This document shows, one piece after another, positions 43,171 through 53,311 of a stretch of DNA of 64,000 nt. Origin of the DNA: Nitrosomonadales bacterium (GTDB lineage: Bacteria > Pseudomonadota > Gammaproteobacteria > Burkholderiales > SG8-39). The position numbers and the translations under genes are program-made. Every line of letters starts with the position of its first letter. Positions within the stretch are counted from its first letter, which is position 1. A model generated the notes under the pieces. The model was not told the DNA's origin. It made no database searches and saw nothing but the letters and a program-made list of their open reading frames with translations. The stretch covers positions 7,857 through 71,856 of the forward strand of contig JAKFDA010000093.1 in NCBI GenBank assembly GCA_036676355.1, written 5' to 3'.

Positions 43171-44930
43171 GGCTCAACGCCGCCTTTCACGACAGCGCCG
43201 CCTGTCTGGTGCACGACGGCATGCTGATCGCCGCCGCTGAGGAAGAGCGCTTCAGTCGCATCAAACACGCCAAACGACCGGTGCCGTTCAGTGTGTGGGA
43301 ATTACCCTACAACGCGATCGATTACTGTCTGCGTGAAGCGAACATCACGTTGGCCGATGTCGACCACGTCGCCTACTCGCTCGACCCCGCGCTGCTGCCG
43401 AATCGGCCCGAGCGCGACGCGCCCATCGTGCTGCCGCAACATCCGCCCGCCGCGCGCAGCGTCGACCGCAAGCCCTGGGATGATCTGTTTTATCTGTATG
43501 TCGTCAACGCGCCGCGCCAATTGAGCGGCGGTGCCCCGCATCATCTGCGCGGGCGCATCAACCCCGGCAAGCCGCTGCGTTACGAATGGCATTTCGTCGA
43601 ACACCATCTCGCTCATGAGTCGAGCGCGTTTCTCGCATCCCCTTACGAATCGTGCGCCGTGCTCACGCTCGACGGACGCGGCGAGCAGGCGACCACGACT
43701 TACGGCGTGTGGCGCGACGGCGAGTTGCGCCGGCTGAAGCAGATCGATGTGCCGCACTCGCTCGGTCTGCTGTACGAAGACGTGACGCGCTATCTGGGCT
43801 TCCTGCACTCGTCCGACGAGTACAAGGTCATGGCGCTCGCATCCTACGGCACGCCGCGCCATCTCGATGAGTTCCGCGACATCGTGCAGGTCGACGACGA
43901 TGGCGGCTATCGCATCAACGGCCCCGACCTGGAAAATCGCTTCGGTTCCGCGCGCGAGCACAGCGCTCCGTTCGATGCACGGCACTTCGATATCGCCGCA
44001 TCGCTGCAGAAGGTGCTGGAGCAAAGCGCGCTCAGGCTCGCGGCATGGCTGCGCGAGGCGAGCGGCGAAAAACATCTGGCCATGGCGGGCGGCGTCGCGC
44101 TCAACTGCGTGATGAACGCGCGCATTCGCGACAGCGGTCTGTACGACGACGTGTGGGTCCAGCCGGCCTCGGGCGACGCCGGCACCGCGCTGGGCGCCGC
44201 GCTATGGATCGACTATCGCCGTCGCGGCGAACGAAGCTGGCGGATGGATCACGCGTACTACGGTCCCGGCTACGGCGACGACGAGATCGAGCAACTGCTC
44301 GAATGGAGCAAGATCCCCTATCGGCGACTCGACAACGTGGCGGAAGAAACCGCCAAACTGCTTGCGCAGAATTACATCATCGGCTGGTTTCAGGGACGCA
44401 TGGAATTCGGTCCGCGCGCGCTCGGTGCGCGCTCGATCCTCGCCTCGCCGATCGACCCCGACATGAAAGGTCGCCTCAACGAACTGAAGGATCGCGAGGA
44501 TTTCCGCCCGGTCGCGCCTGTGGTGCTGGAAGAAAAACTCGACGAATGGTTCGTGCGCAAGGACGGCATCACGGGCAAGGCACCGTTCATGCTGTTCGTG
44601 TACGGCGTGCGAGAGGATATCGCCACACGCATTCCGGCCGCGGTGCACGTAGACCGCACCGCACGCGTACAGACCGTCGATGCGCACGCCAATCCGCGCT
44701 ATCGCGAACTGCTCGCGGCATTCGAGCGCCGCACCGGTGTGCCGGTGCTGGTCAATACCTCATTCAACAGCCGCGGGCAGCCGATCGTGTGTTCGCCGCG
44801 CGATGCCATCGAAGCGTTCTACAGCACGCCGCTCGATGCGCTGGTGATCGGCTCCTTCATGGTCACCAAGAATGTCACTGCGCAGGGTGACCCATTGCTC
44901 GCCGCGTCGGTGGCCGAGGCCATCGTATGA
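43158..44930 (+). CDS. carbamoyltransferase (NodU/CmcH family)
   Basis: GTG start. (M)YTLGLNAAFHDSAACLV..AAEEERFSRIKH, with the C-terminal VNTSFNSRGQPIV. Confidence 0.85.
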   Translation: MYTLGLNAAFHDSAACLVHDGMLIAAAEEERFSRIKHAKRPVPFSVWELPYNAIDYCLREANITLADVDHVAYSLDPALLPNRPERDAPIVLPQHPPAARSVDRKPWDDLFYLYVVNAPRQLSGGAPHHLRGRINPGKPLRYEWHFVEHHLAHESSAFLASPYESCAVLTLDGRGEQATTTYGVWRDGELRRLKQIDVPHSLGLLYEDVTRYLGFLHSSDEYKVMALASYGTPRHLDEFRDIVQVDDDGGYRINGPDLENRFGSAREHSAPFDARHFDIAASLQKVLEQSALRLAAWLREASGEKHLAMAGGVALNCVMNARIRDSGLYDDVWVQPASGDAGTALGAALWIDYRRRGERSWRMDHAYYGPGYGDDEIEQLLEWSKIPYRRLDNVAEETAKLLAQNYIIGWFQGRMEFGPRALGARSILASPIDPDMKGRLNELKDREDFRPVAPVVLEEKLDEWFVRKDGITGKAPFMLFVYGVREDIATRIPAAVHVDRTARVQTVDAHANPRYRELLAAFERRTGVPVLVNTSFNSRGQPIVCSPRDAIEAFYSTPLDALVIGSFMVTKNVTAQGDPLLAASVAEAIV

Positions 44931-45928
44931 ACACATCACTGCAACAGGCGGGCGCGCCGCTGGTGTCCGTGGTCGTCCCGACGTGCGGAAGACCGACGCT
45001 GCTGCGACGCTGCCTGCTCGCCCTGCGACGTCAGCGTATGCCGGGCAACAGCTACGAGATCATCGTTGCCGACGACGGTCACTCGGACGCGACGCAGCGC
45101 CTCGCGGAACAACTCGATGGTGCGGATCCCGAAGGGCCGCGCGTGCGCTACGTCCGCTCGCCTGGTTGCAAAGGCGGCCCCGCCGGTGCGCGCAACGCCG
45201 GCTGGCGCGCGGCGCATGCGCCGGTGATCGCCTTCACCGACGACGATACCGTGCCCGCACGCGACTGGCTGGACGAAGGAATGCACGCGCTGCAACCGGG
45301 CGTTGCCGCCGCCACCGGCCGTACGCGCGTGCCGCTGCCGAGTGCCCCGACCGATTGGCAGCGCAACACCGCAGGACTCGAACGCGGCGAGTTCATCACC
45401 GCCAACTGTTTCGTACGGCGCGAGGTGCTGGAGGAACTGGACGGTTTCGACGAACGCTATCGTCGTCCGTGGCGCGAGGATTCCGACCTGCATTTCGCCA
45501 TGCTGGAGCGAGGCATGGCGATCGCGCATGCGCCGCGCGCGCTGGTGCTTCATCCCGCACGCGAGGCTCCCTGGGGAGTCAGCGCGAAGATTCAGCAAAA
45601 CGTTTACTTCGACGCGCTGCTGTTCAGGAAACATCCGCTGTTATACCGCGCGCGCATTTCTCCCGGCCCGCCGCTACGCTACTATTTCGCCGTCTCCGCG
45701 CTCGGCCTCGCCGCGATCGGCCTGCTCCGCGGCGCCCCGCTGCTGGCGCTCGGCGGGGGAACCGCCTGGCTCGCATGGACGGTCGGTTTCGCCGCCTATC
45801 GATTGCGCCACACTTCGCACGATCCGCGCCATATCGCCGAAATGCTTTACACCTCGGCGGTCATTCCGCCGCTAGCGGTGTATTGGCGCATCGCCGGCGC
45901 GCTGCGTTTCAAGGTCGCCTTCGCATGA
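44927..45928 (+). CDS. glycosyltransferase family 2 with C-terminal TM segments
   Basis: VSVVVPTCGRP, a DDG..D motif and FTDDD (DxD). Confidence 0.8.
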   Translation: MNTSLQQAGAPLVSVVVPTCGRPTLLRRCLLALRRQRMPGNSYEIIVADDGHSDATQRLAEQLDGADPEGPRVRYVRSPGCKGGPAGARNAGWRAAHAPVIAFTDDDTVPARDWLDEGMHALQPGVAAATGRTRVPLPSAPTDWQRNTAGLERGEFITANCFVRREVLEELDGFDERYRRPWREDSDLHFAMLERGMAIAHAPRALVLHPAREAPWGVSAKIQQNVYFDALLFRKHPLLYRARISPGPPLRYYFAVSALGLAAIGLLRGAPLLALGGGTAWLAWTVGFAAYRLRHTSHDPRHIAEMLYTSAVIPPLAVYWRIAGALRFKVAFA

Positions 45929-46956
45929 ACGCGCGCCCCGATCTGCTCGCCGATATTGCGACGACCGTACCACTGCCGCGCTTTGTGCAGATCGAGCCGG
46001 TCGGGCAATGCAATCTCCGCTGCGCCATGTGCACGATTCAGTATCGCGCCGATGCACCGCATGACGGCTCACCCGCGCTGCTCTCGTTCGACGATTTCAC
46101 CCGACTGCTGGCGCAGTTCGATGATGTCGATGCGCTACACCTGCAGGGCCTCGGCGAACCGCTCATGAATCCGGACTTCTTTCGCATGGTGCGCCATGCG
46201 GTGGACCGCGGCTTCAAGGTTTCCACCAACAGCAATCTCACCCTGCTCAGCGAAGCGCGCGCGCAGGCTTGCGTGGACAGCGGCCTCGACACGTTGCACA
46301 TCTCGCTCGACGGCGCCAGCGCAGCGGTGTACGAATCGATCCGCCATGGGGCCTCCTTCGCCAAGGTCATGCGTAATCTCGAGCGGATCGTCGCCGCAAA
46401 AGAGCGATTGCAGAGCGCGACACCTCATCTGCGCATCGTGACGGTAGTGATGCGCAAGAACCTGGACGAACTCGCCGATATCGTCACGCTGGCTTTCACG
46501 CATGGCGTCGACTCGGTTTTTGTGCAGCATCTAAGCCATGATTTCCAGGAAAGCTCGTTACCCGAAGCGTACATCCCGATGCGCAGTTTCGTGCAAAACG
46601 AATCGCTGCTGAACGAAGACCGGGCGCGCATCCGCACGTGTTTCGGGCACGCGCGCGAGCGCGCCGCCGCGCTCGGCGTGCAATTGCGACTGCCGGCGCT
46701 CGAAAGCGAACGTCGCAATTCCACGCCATGCGGTTGCGACTGGCCCTGGCGCGGCGCCTACCTGACCTTTCGCGGCGAAGCGTTGCCATGCTGCATGGTC
46801 AGCACGCCGGAACGTTTCCGACTGGGCAATATGCTGCAGCGCGGCGTCAGCGAGGTGTGGAACGACATGCCTTATCGGCAACTGCGCGAAGCGCTGGAGT
46901 CCGGCCACCCGCCCGATATCTGCCGTTCCTGTTCTCTCTATCGGCATACCTTCTGA
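45925..46956 (+). CDS. radical SAM / SPASM-domain protein
   Basis: CNLRCAMC (CxxxCxxC) cluster, plus the Cys-rich C-terminus CGCDWPW..LPCCMV..CRSCSLY. Confidence 0.8.
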   Translation: MNARPDLLADIATTVPLPRFVQIEPVGQCNLRCAMCTIQYRADAPHDGSPALLSFDDFTRLLAQFDDVDALHLQGLGEPLMNPDFFRMVRHAVDRGFKVSTNSNLTLLSEARAQACVDSGLDTLHISLDGASAAVYESIRHGASFAKVMRNLERIVAAKERLQSATPHLRIVTVVMRKNLDELADIVTLAFTHGVDSVFVQHLSHDFQESSLPEAYIPMRSFVQNESLLNEDRARIRTCFGHARERAAALGVQLRLPALESERRNSTPCGCDWPWRGAYLTFRGEALPCCMVSTPERFRLGNMLQRGVSEVWNDMPYRQLREALESGHPPDICRSCSLYRHTF

Positions 46957-46958
46957 GC

Positions 46959-48032
46959 ATGGCGCACGCACATCCGGATCGCGTTTCGCCAACACCGCAG
47001 CGCATTGCGGTGTTTCGCGCCTTGCAGATCGGCGACATGCTGGTCGTCGTGCCGGCCTTGCGCGCATTGCGTCGTGCCTATCCCCGCGCGCACATCACGC
47101 TTATCGGTTTACCGTGGGCGCGCGACTTCGTCGAACGCTTCGGCTATTGCGACGACCTGCTCGAATTCCCCGGCTACCCCGGCCTGCCCGAGTGCGAACC
47201 CGACACGCGGGCGCTGGCGGATTTTTACACTGCGGCACGCGCCCGGCGCTTCGATCTCGCCTTGCAGATGCACGGCAGCGGGCGCTTGACCAACGCGCTC
47301 GTACTCGAACTGGGCGCGCAGGCCGTTACGGGCTTCCGCCCCGCCGAAGCCCGCGCGCCGTCGCACTTCCTGCCATGGCAAACCCATCAGTCCGAACTGC
47401 GCCGTTATCTCGACCTGATGAGCGCGATCGGCGTACCGCCGCAGGGCGAGCATCTCGAATTCCCCGTCCGTCCGGCAGAACAACACGAAGCAGCCGAATT
47501 GCTGAAGCGCCATTTTCCGCTTGCTGCCGCGCCCTACATCTGCCTGCACGCCGGTGCGCGTCTGCCGTCGCGCCGCTGGCCGGCCGAACGTTTCGCCGCC
47601 GTAGCGGATGCGCTTGCGCGCCACGGCTACACCATTGTGCTGACCGGCGCGCCTGAAGAAGCCGCTGTCGGCATTCAAGTGTGCGAAGGGATGCGTCGAG
47701 CCGCGGTCAACCTGATCGGCAAAACCAGCCTGGGGGCGTTTGCCGCCTTGGTGCGCGCAGCGCGCCTGCTGATCTGCAACGATACCAGCGCCTCGCATGT
47801 GGCCGCCGCGACGCGCACGCCGAGTGTCGTAATTTCTTCCGCCGCGGATGTGGCGCGCTGGCGCCCGCTGGATCAAAGCCGTCATCGCGTGCTTTGGCAT
47901 GACACCGACTGTCGCCCTTGCGATCACGCCATCTGCCCGACCCGACACGAATGCGCACTGGGCGTCGAGGCCAAATCCGTCATCGCGATGGCCCGCGATT
48001 TGCTGAATGTGGGCGAACGCGACGCGGCGTAA
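46959..48032 (+). CDS. glycosyltransferase family 9 (second heptosyltransferase-like)
   Basis: IAVFRALQIGDMLVVVPALRAL and LLICNDTSASHVAAATRTPSVV. Confidence 0.8.
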   Translation: MAHAHPDRVSPTPQRIAVFRALQIGDMLVVVPALRALRRAYPRAHITLIGLPWARDFVERFGYCDDLLEFPGYPGLPECEPDTRALADFYTAARARRFDLALQMHGSGRLTNALVLELGAQAVTGFRPAEARAPSHFLPWQTHQSELRRYLDLMSAIGVPPQGEHLEFPVRPAEQHEAAELLKRHFPLAAAPYICLHAGARLPSRRWPAERFAAVADALARHGYTIVLTGAPEEAAVGIQVCEGMRRAAVNLIGKTSLGAFAALVRAARLLICNDTSASHVAAATRTPSVVISSAADVARWRPLDQSRHRVLWHDTDCRPCDHAICPTRHECALGVEAKSVIAMARDLLNVGERDAA

Positions 48033-48090
48033 GAGGAGAAGCTTGAACGAGCGAAGGCCTTCAAATTTTTTGTCAACGAGATTTTGAAAC

Positions 48091-49035
48091 GTGAAACGTC
48101 TCCGCATCCTCACCTGGCATGTGCACGGTAATTACCTCTATTACCTCACTCAGGTTCCGCACGATTTTTTCGTGCTGACGGATGCACGGCGCTCGCCGGG
48201 TTATGCCGGTCGCGCCGGCACGCTGCCGTGGGGGCCGAACGTGATCGAAGTGCCGGTGGCGCAGGTGCGCGAAACGCCGTTCGACTGCGTGCTGTATCAA
48301 TCGCGCCGGGGCTGGGAGCGCGACCGCCTCGATCTGCTGTCCGAAGCGCAGCGCAAACTGCCGCGCATTTTTCTGGAACACGATCCGCCGCAGGCGCATC
48401 CGACCGACACGCGGCACTTCGTCGACGATCCGGGCGCGATGCTGGTTCATGTCACGGCTTTCAACGCTTTGATGTGGGACAGCGGCCGCACACCCACGAC
48501 CGTCATCGAGCACGGCGTCAAGCCGCTCAGCACGGCGCGCTACAGCGGTGAACTCGAACGGGGCATCGTCGTTGTGAACAATCTGCGCAAACGCGGTCGT
48601 CGCCTCGGCGCCGACGTGTTTCACCGGGTGCGCGAACAGGTACCTCTCGATCTGGTCGGCATGGACGCCGAAAGCGCCGGCGGATCCGGGGAAATCGGCA
48701 ACGTCGCGCTGACCGCGCATATCGCGCGCTACCGTTTTTTTTTCAACCCGATCCGCTGGACGAGCCTGGGGCTGGCGGTCATCGAAGCGATGATGGTGGG
48801 GCTACCCATTGTCGGGCTGGCTACCACCGAGATGAGCACTGTCGTGCGCAACGGCGAGTCGGGCTGGGTGGATACGCGCATCGAAGTACTGGTGGAACGC
48901 ATGCAGGCGCTGTTGGCCGACCCGGCCGAAGCGCGCCGGCTCGGCGAAAACGCGCGCCGCGACGCGCTCGAGCGCTTCAATATCGATCGCTTCGCGGCCG
49001 AGTGGTCACGCCTCTTGCTAGAGGTCTGCACATGA
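48091..49035 (+). CDS. glycosyltransferase (GT1/GT4-like, short)
   Basis: GTG start. C-terminal GT-B motif FFFNPIRWTSLGLAVIEAMMVGLPIVG..ESGW. Confidence 0.7.
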   Translation: MKRLRILTWHVHGNYLYYLTQVPHDFFVLTDARRSPGYAGRAGTLPWGPNVIEVPVAQVRETPFDCVLYQSRRGWERDRLDLLSEAQRKLPRIFLEHDPPQAHPTDTRHFVDDPGAMLVHVTAFNALMWDSGRTPTTVIEHGVKPLSTARYSGELERGIVVVNNLRKRGRRLGADVFHRVREQVPLDLVGMDAESAGGSGEIGNVALTAHIARYRFFFNPIRWTSLGLAVIEAMMVGLPIVGLATTEMSTVVRNGESGWVDTRIEVLVERMQALLADPAEARRLGENARRDALERFNIDRFAAEWSRLLLEVCT

Positions 49036-49129
49036 CCGGGGTGGGATTCGATGCATCTGGCCTCTGCGGTTTTTCCGGGGGTTTTTACGAGGCAGTCCCC
49101 TTAAACGCCCGATCGAAGGAAGCGCCGCC

Positions 49130-50329
49130 ATGCTGAACAGCTTTTTCATCGCCGGCTTTCCCGGCACGACCCGCGTGCCGCGCAGCGGCCGCCGGATCGA
49201 GCAGGCGGAAATTTGCGGCCACCAGCGCTTTTACGCGCAGGACTACGTCCGTGCCAGAAAACTCGGCTTGCAGGTCGCGCGCGAGTCGGCGCAATGGCCG
49301 GCAATCGAGCGTGTTGCGGGACACTACGATTTTTCCTTTGTGCGGCGTCGCATCCACTGCGCGCGCGCGCAAGGCATTCAACTGATCTGGACCCTGCTCG
49401 ACGGCGGCTGGCCGTCGGACCTGGACGTCATGCGACCGGTATTCGTGCAGCGTTTCGCCGCCTACGCACGTGCCTTCGCGAGACTGTTACGCGATCAGGA
49501 GGTCAAGGATCCGGTCGTCGTGCCGATTAACGAAATCGGTCCGCTCGCGCGCGCGGGTGGCGAACTGGCGCATGCCTTTCCGTTTCTGGAGGAGCGCGGC
49601 CTTGAATTGCGCTGCCAGCTCGTGCGCGCGTCGGTCGCGGCGATCGATGCGCTGCGCGAGGTCATCCCGGAAATTCGCATCATGCACGTCGAACCGATGT
49701 TTCACGTCGCGCCGCATCCGTTCCACCCGGAGGACAGCGACGCGGCCGAATCGATGCGCCGCGAACAATATGCGGTGTTCGACATGCTGAGCGGCCGCAT
49801 CTGGCCGCAACTCGGCGGACGCGAGCATCATCTCGATGTGCTCGGTGTCAGCCACTACCTCGCCGGTCAGTATTACTACGCTGGCCCAAAACATCCGGGC
49901 AAGATGATCAACCCGCAAGCCGCGGAATGGCGCCGCCTGAGCGACATGCTGGCCGAAGTCGGACGGCGTTACACCTGCCCGTTGCTGCTTGCCGCCACCG
50001 GCCATGACGGCGCCGGACGCGCCGCATGGCTGCGCTACGTCTGCCGCGAGGTGCAGCATGCGACTGCGCGAGGCATCGCGGTGAAAGGGGTGTGCATGCA
50101 GCCGATCGTCGACTGCACCGCACCGCAATTCGAAGCGCGCAGCGCGAGCGGCCTATGGGGCGCCGCCGACGAGGAAGGCGAACGCAGTGTCGATATGTGG
50201 CTCGCCAAGGAACTGCGCGAACAGCAACGCGCCTTCGAGCGCATGAGCAGCGTGTCGGGCATGAACGCGACCGAACTGGACGTCGCCGAACGCGCGCGCA
50301 TCGCCAGCAACCGGGCGCTCGACGCATGA
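49130..50329 (+). CDS. TIM-barrel protein resembling glycoside hydrolase family 1 / clan GH-A
   Basis: INEIGP resembles the acid/base NEP motif. At the expected nucleophile position I read [10 protein letters not shown] (no Glu). gaaggaag RBS is present. Confidence 0.45.
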   Translation: MLNSFFIAGFPGTTRVPRSGRRIEQAEICGHQRFYAQDYVRARKLGLQVARESAQWPAIERVAGHYDFSFVRRRIHCARAQGIQLIWTLLDGGWPSDLDVMRPVFVQRFAAYARAFARLLRDQEVKDPVVVPINEIGPLARAGGELAHAFPFLEERGLELRCQLVRASVAAIDALREVIPEIRIMHVEPMFHVAPHPFHPEDSDAAESMRREQYAVFDMLSGRIWPQLGGREHHLDVLGVSHYLAGQYYYAGPKHPGKMINPQAAEWRRLSDMLAEVGRRYTCPLLLAATGHDGAGRAAWLRYVCREVQHATARGIAVKGVCMQPIVDCTAPQFEARSASGLWGAADEEGERSVDMWLAKELREQQRAFERMSSVSGMNATELDVAERARIASNRALDA

Positions 50330-51366
50330 GGCGTCGCACGCGTCAACGCGTGTTGGTGACCGGCGGCGCCGGCTTTCTCGGCTCGCACCTGTGCGATCGA
50401 CTGCTCGCGCAGGGCGATGAAGTGCTGTGCGTCGATAACTTCTACACCGGCGATCGCGACAACATCGCGCACCTGCTGCGCCATACGCGCTTCGAACTGA
50501 TGCGCCACGACATCACTTTTCCGCTGTACGTCGAGGTCGACCGCATCTATAACCTCGCCTGCCCGGCATCACCGATTCACTACCAGACCGATCCGGTGCA
50601 GACCCTGAAAACCTGCATCCACGGCGCAATCAACATGCTCGGGCTGGCCAAGCGCCTGGGTATACCGATCCTGCAGGCTTCGACCAGCGAGGTCTATGGC
50701 GACCCGACGGAGCATCCGCAATTCGAAGGCTATTGGGGACACGTGAATCCGACCGGACCACGCGCCTGTTACGACGAAGGAAAACGCTGCGCCGAAACGC
50801 TGTTCTTCGACTACCATCGCCAGCATCGCGTGCCGGTGAAAATCGCGCGCATCTTCAATACCTATGGTCCGCGCATGGCCGACGACGATGGCCGCGTCGT
50901 ATCGAATTTCATCATGCAGGCGTTACGCGGCGAGCCGATCACGCTTTACGGCGACGGCGCGCAAACGCGCTCCTTCTGCTATGTGGACGATCTCGTCGAC
51001 GGACTGATACGGCTGATGAACACCGAGAACGAGTTCATCGGTCCGGTCAATTTCGGCAATCCGGCCGAAACAACGGTGCACCAACTTGCAGAACGCATCA
51101 TTGCCCTTACCGAGTCGACCTCCGCGATCGAATATCGTCCTTTACCGACCGATGATCCGGTACGGCGTTGCCCCGATATCGGGCTTGCTCAGACCAGACT
51201 CGGATGGTCACCGCAGATCGAACTGGAAGAAGGTTTGAAACAAACCATCGGTTACTTCTGCGCTGCGCTCGAAATCGATGTCCCGGCACAATGCGTCGCA
51301 CATCTGTCGCCGCCGGATTCAATACCGCGCCGATTGGCGGGCGCATCGGCCATGCCCGATTTCTGA
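50326..51366 (+). CDS. UDP-glucuronate decarboxylase (UDP-xylose synthase)
   Basis: [89 protein letters not shown]. Confidence 0.9.
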   Translation: MRRRTRQRVLVTGGAGFLGSHLCDRLLAQGDEVLCVDNFYTGDRDNIAHLLRHTRFELMRHDITFPLYVEVDRIYNLACPASPIHYQTDPVQTLKTCIHGAINMLGLAKRLGIPILQASTSEVYGDPTEHPQFEGYWGHVNPTGPRACYDEGKRCAETLFFDYHRQHRVPVKIARIFNTYGPRMADDDGRVVSNFIMQALRGEPITLYGDGAQTRSFCYVDDLVDGLIRLMNTENEFIGPVNFGNPAETTVHQLAERIIALTESTSAIEYRPLPTDDPVRRCPDIGLAQTRLGWSPQIELEEGLKQTIGYFCAALEIDVPAQCVAHLSPPDSIPRRLAGASAMPDF

Positions 51367-51400
51367 AGACCCCCGGCGCGAGAACTCTTCTTCGCTTGGC

Positions 51401-52501
51401 TTATTGCCGCAACGGCAGGCGCACGTTGAACTGACTGCCTTTGCCCGGTCCGTCACTGCGCGCCTGCACAATGCCGTTGTGCATGGTCACGAATTCGCGC
51501 ACCAGCGCGAGCCCGATGCCCAGGCCGCCTTTGGCGACGGCCCCGTCCGCTTGTGTAAAGAGTTCGAATATCCGCGGCAGCGCCTCGGGGTCGATCCCGC
51601 ATCCGGTGTCTACGATCTTGACGACGGCTTCCGCGCCCTCCACGGTGGCTTCGACTGTTATCTGCCCACCGTCCGGGGTGAACTTCGTGGCGTTCTGGAG
51701 CAGATTGACAAACACCTGATGCAACCGGTCGATGTCGCACAGGACCGGAATGGGAGCCTCGAGCAATATCGTTTTAAGCATCTGTCGTTTTTGTCCGGCC
51801 GATTCAGCCACTGTTGCGACAGCCAGATCCACCACACCGCGCAGGTCGACTTCGCGCATGTTCAGTGCGACCTTGCCGGTTTCCACGCGGGTAACGTCGA
51901 GCAGGTCGTCCACCAGCCGTTTGATGAAGTCGATCTGACGCTGCATGATCTTGATCGGGAAGAGCAGATCGGCATCGCCATGCGTCTTTATGCGCACGAT
52001 CTCCAGCGCGTTCGACAGCGGCGAGATCGTATTGCGCACTTCATGGCCCAGCGTTCCGATAAAGCCGCTACGCTCCTTTTCGGCGCGCCCGCATATCGTT
52101 GCCCGATTACGCAGCGCTTCGAGTTGCTGCTTCAACTCGGTGCGATCTTCGAGGATCTTGCAGTAGCCCGTTATCTCGCCTTGCGCGCTTGTCAGTTCGA
52201 CCAGGCATCCCATCGCCCAGAAGCGAGTGCCGTCCGCGCGCAGCATCCAGCGATCGTCTTCCGATGATTTACGTGCATTGGCCGCGTCGATTTCGTAGCG
52301 CGGGATGCCGCGCTCGACATCCTCGGGAACGAACAGCAAATCCATCTGATGACCGATTACATCGACCGCCTCGTATCCAAACAGGGACGAAGCCTTGGCA
52401 TTCAACCACTGGATCTTTCTGTTTGCGTCAAGCAGGATGATGGCGTGCTGCGGTGTCTGCGCCGCAAACAACACCATCAGCGCCGTTGCTTCCATGCCCA
52501 T
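51401..52501 (-). CDS. cytoplasmic PAS-domain sensor histidine kinase
   Basis: One PAS domain, H-box LGHEVRNTISPL, and N/G1/G2 boxes (LLQNATKFT, DTGCGI, GGLGIGLALV). Confidence 0.85.
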   Translation of the reverse strand: MGMEATALMVLFAAQTPQHAIILLDANRKIQWLNAKASSLFGYEAVDVIGHQMDLLFVPEDVERGIPRYEIDAANARKSSEDDRWMLRADGTRFWAMGCLVELTSAQGEITGYCKILEDRTELKQQLEALRNRATICGRAEKERSGFIGTLGHEVRNTISPLSNALEIVRIKTHGDADLLFPIKIMQRQIDFIKRLVDDLLDVTRVETGKVALNMREVDLRGVVDLAVATVAESAGQKRQMLKTILLEAPIPVLCDIDRLHQVFVNLLQNATKFTPDGGQITVEATVEGAEAVVKIVDTGCGIDPEALPRIFELFTQADGAVAKGGLGIGLALVREFVTMHNGIVQARSDGPGKGSQFNVRLPLRQ

Positions 52502-52541
52502 TTGCGGCTTGAAATGCCGGCGCCTTGTGCCGATGCGCTTC

Positions 52542-53300
52542 CTAGAGCATCGGCCGTGTCATTACCCGCGCTTCCTCCAGGTTCATCGCGGCAGTTGCTT
52601 GAATCTGGTGACGCCGCACGCGACGCTGACCCATCGTGCCGGTCAGACCGCCCAGAATGCCGGCGATCAATGACAGCAGTAACGCGAGGGTCAAGCCGCC
52701 GGTGGCCATGCCGACCCGATCAGCCGCGCTCTCCATGCCGGCCTGCGCCTGCGGCGTGGGCTCGCCGCTCTGCGCGACGGAGGACGCCTGATTCATGATG
52801 TTGCGGATCTGCTCGTCGGACAGCCCGAGATTGCGCAGCGTCTGCGCCACATCGCCGCGATCCGCGTTCTGCGGATTCTGCTGCATCGACTGCGGAATCG
52901 CCTGACTCAGCATCGGGCGAAGCTGACCGAACAGCCCTGAGGTGGCAGCGCTCAATACCGTGCTGGCGAGGAGCGCATACAGCAGGGTCGAAGCACCCCA
53001 CGTCACCGCACCATGCAACGCACCGTCGCCCTTGCGCCGCAAGCCGGACGAACGCGATGCCACGTAACCGCCGACGAACGCGGCGATCAACATGCTGACC
53101 CCGCTCCAGATCGCGGCGCTTGCGCTCATCTGCCGGGCGGTGTCACTACCCGGCTCCACAACCAGTCCGCCGACTGCGACGCCGGCAAGCATGAGAAACA
53201 GTTGCAGGGCGATACCGACGGCAAGCCCGGCGAAAATCGCCTGCCAGGAAATCGGGCGGAAATACATCCGCCGCGCGCCGCTGGGGAATTCGACTGCCAT
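52542..53300 (-). CDS. hypothetical membrane protein (4-5 TM with a central Gln-rich loop)
   Basis: Hydrophobic segments flank a polar loop SQAIPQSMQQNPQNADRGD. Start taken at MAVEFP (aggaac 6 nt upstream). Confidence 0.5.
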   Translation of the reverse strand: MAVEFPSGARRMYFRPISWQAIFAGLAVGIALQLFLMLAGVAVGGLVVEPGSDTARQMSASAAIWSGVSMLIAAFVGGYVASRSSGLRRKGDGALHGAVTWGASTLLYALLASTVLSAATSGLFGQLRPMLSQAIPQSMQQNPQNADRGDVAQTLRNLGLSDEQIRNIMNQASSVAQSGEPTPQAQAGMESAADRVGMATGGLTLALLLSLIAGILGGLTGTMGQRRVRRHQIQATAAMNLEEARVMTRPML

Positions 53301-53311
53301 GGGAGTTCCTT

